Shown in pieces: positions 62,744-64,000 of a stretch of DNA of 64,000 nucleotides. The DNA is taken from the NCBI GenBank assembly GCA_004022145.1, contig RCNU01000003.1; one strand, given 5' to 3'. A program made the position numbers and the translations under genes. Under the pieces are notes generated by a model, which had not been told where the DNA came from, made no database searches, and worked only from the letters and a program-made list of their open reading frames with translations. The first letter of the stretch is position 1. Each line of letters begins with the position of its first letter. This stretch comes from Paecilomyces variotii. Its lineage: Eukaryota.

Positions 62744-64000
62744 TCAAAGCTCGGCTTCCACGACACCCTCAGACACCCCGTCGTCAGGATAGTAGACACC
62801 GGAGACCTTAAGACCAGCTTCCACAAGGAGCTCCCGCCATTGTGCTTCAGTTCTCTCTCTGGTGCCGCAGAGGGTCATCATGTTGAAGTCCTGGGTCACC
62901 ATCCAAGTGCCAGCGTGACGCTGCGGCACAATCAGCTCATGGATAAAGAGTCTGGAGTACCCCGGCTTCATCGCCTTAGCAAGTTGGGAAAGAATGGTAA
63001 CGCATTTCTCATGAGGCCAGTTGTGCAGACACTGGCGTATATAATATGCGCGAGCCCCCTTAATTGGTTGCTCGGTCAAGAAATCATGGGCCTGGTATTC
63101 GATGTCTTCGACTTTGGGCGCGTGCTCAATTGTATCAGGGAGGTCTTGGACGATAAAGCGTCCAGGCAAATCCGGCACTGCTCGTTTAAGCGCAATGGCT
63201 TTCTGACCGTAGCCGCCACCGACATCGACAAACATAACTGTCTCTGGGTCGAAGTTTTGGGCCAATTTCTCCTTAACAGGGTATAAATCCTGGATGAGAG
63301 AGTTATCCTCACCCCACGTATTCATCATGACCCCGAAGCCACGAGCAATTTCCGGACGAGCCATCAATATTTCTAGAATGCCTTGACCCTGGGCTTCAAA
63401 TGCTTGCTGCACAGCGGTATTGTTAGGATCAGTCGGGTCTGCAAATTTGATTGAAGACAGGAAATCTGGAAGGGCCTGGTATGTGAGATTCAAGAATGTG
63501 GCACTAGATTCCTATCTCAGTATCTTCTTTCCTGAACATTCAGGTATCCCTTACCAGTGGTCCAAACTATCCGCAAAAGTCTGGTTAGCAAACAGCTCAT
63601 AAGACGGTGCAAAGGCATATCCGTCTTCGTTGACTTCTAGAATGGCGCCAAATGCCGCCAAGGCACGCAAGACCCGAGCTAGATTTATGTTAGTTATCGC
63701 AGAAAGATTTCATCGATGGATTGTCATAGTCTCACCGAGCAGAACTTCATCTGCACCAGTTGCTGCCGCCAGTTCTTTCAGGGTCTTAGGCCCGTTACTT
63801 TCCTTGAGAACTCGAAAGAGCCCCAGACGAGATGCAACGCGTACTGTAAGTTGTTCAATAGGCTAGGTATGGATTGTCAGTTTGGATACATGCAGTTACA
63901 CAAGCATCAATGTGGATGGGCATACTTGAGAAAGAAATAGACGAGCGACAACATCTGCAGGTTTTTCCAGTGACAGTACCACTTTATTTGCTGCGTGCGA
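62744..64000 (-). CDS. SAM-dependent O-methyltransferase (COMT-like, methyltransferase_2); 5' end lies beyond the window
   Basis: FVDVGGGYG, IVQDLP and HDFLTEQPIKGARAYYIRQCLHNW motifs; intron 63504-63554 and further upstream exons. Confidence 0.85.

Noticed and set aside
61145..64000. SDR plus O-methyltransferase as the edge of a secondary-metabolite cluster
   Set aside because: No backbone synthase in the window; cannot be supported without the adjacent sequence.

Overview
Intron-rich filamentous ascomycete genomic DNA; gene content and ~50-60 nt GT-AG introns with CTRAC branch points suggest Eurotiales (inferred, not verified). About 24 protein-coding genes were reconstructed by hand-splicing the ORF fragments. 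Most are housekeeping or metabolic: sterol glucosyltransferase, three SDRs, GH31 alpha-glucosidase, ATP20, ROK1, a protein methyltransferase, VPS28, NOC2, a Trk K+ transporter, an NCS1 permease, a GtaA-like protein, FAD1, cnxABC/MOCS1, a bZIP factor, TRZ1, a histidine acid phosphatase and a partial O-methyltransferase. An accessory-looking tract (~39-48 kb) carries an ankyrin gene, a LysM remnant, BTB and GNAT genes and a decayed pseudogene. A RIP-like ~650 bp element (probably a solo LTR) lies at 16.7-17.35 kb. Best observations: (1) tandem splice donors 4 nt apart in cnxABC give either MoaA ending Gly-Gly-stop or a MoaA-MoaC fusion; (2) a hidden 10-nt coding exon gives RNase Z a mitochondrial-type presequence next to a uORF; (3) a spliced LysM ORF overlaps the ankyrin stop codon as ATGA. 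No rRNA, tRNA, CRISPR array or intact transposase was recognised, and no wholly new multi-gene system can be claimed. All family assignments come from motif recognition; no database search was run.
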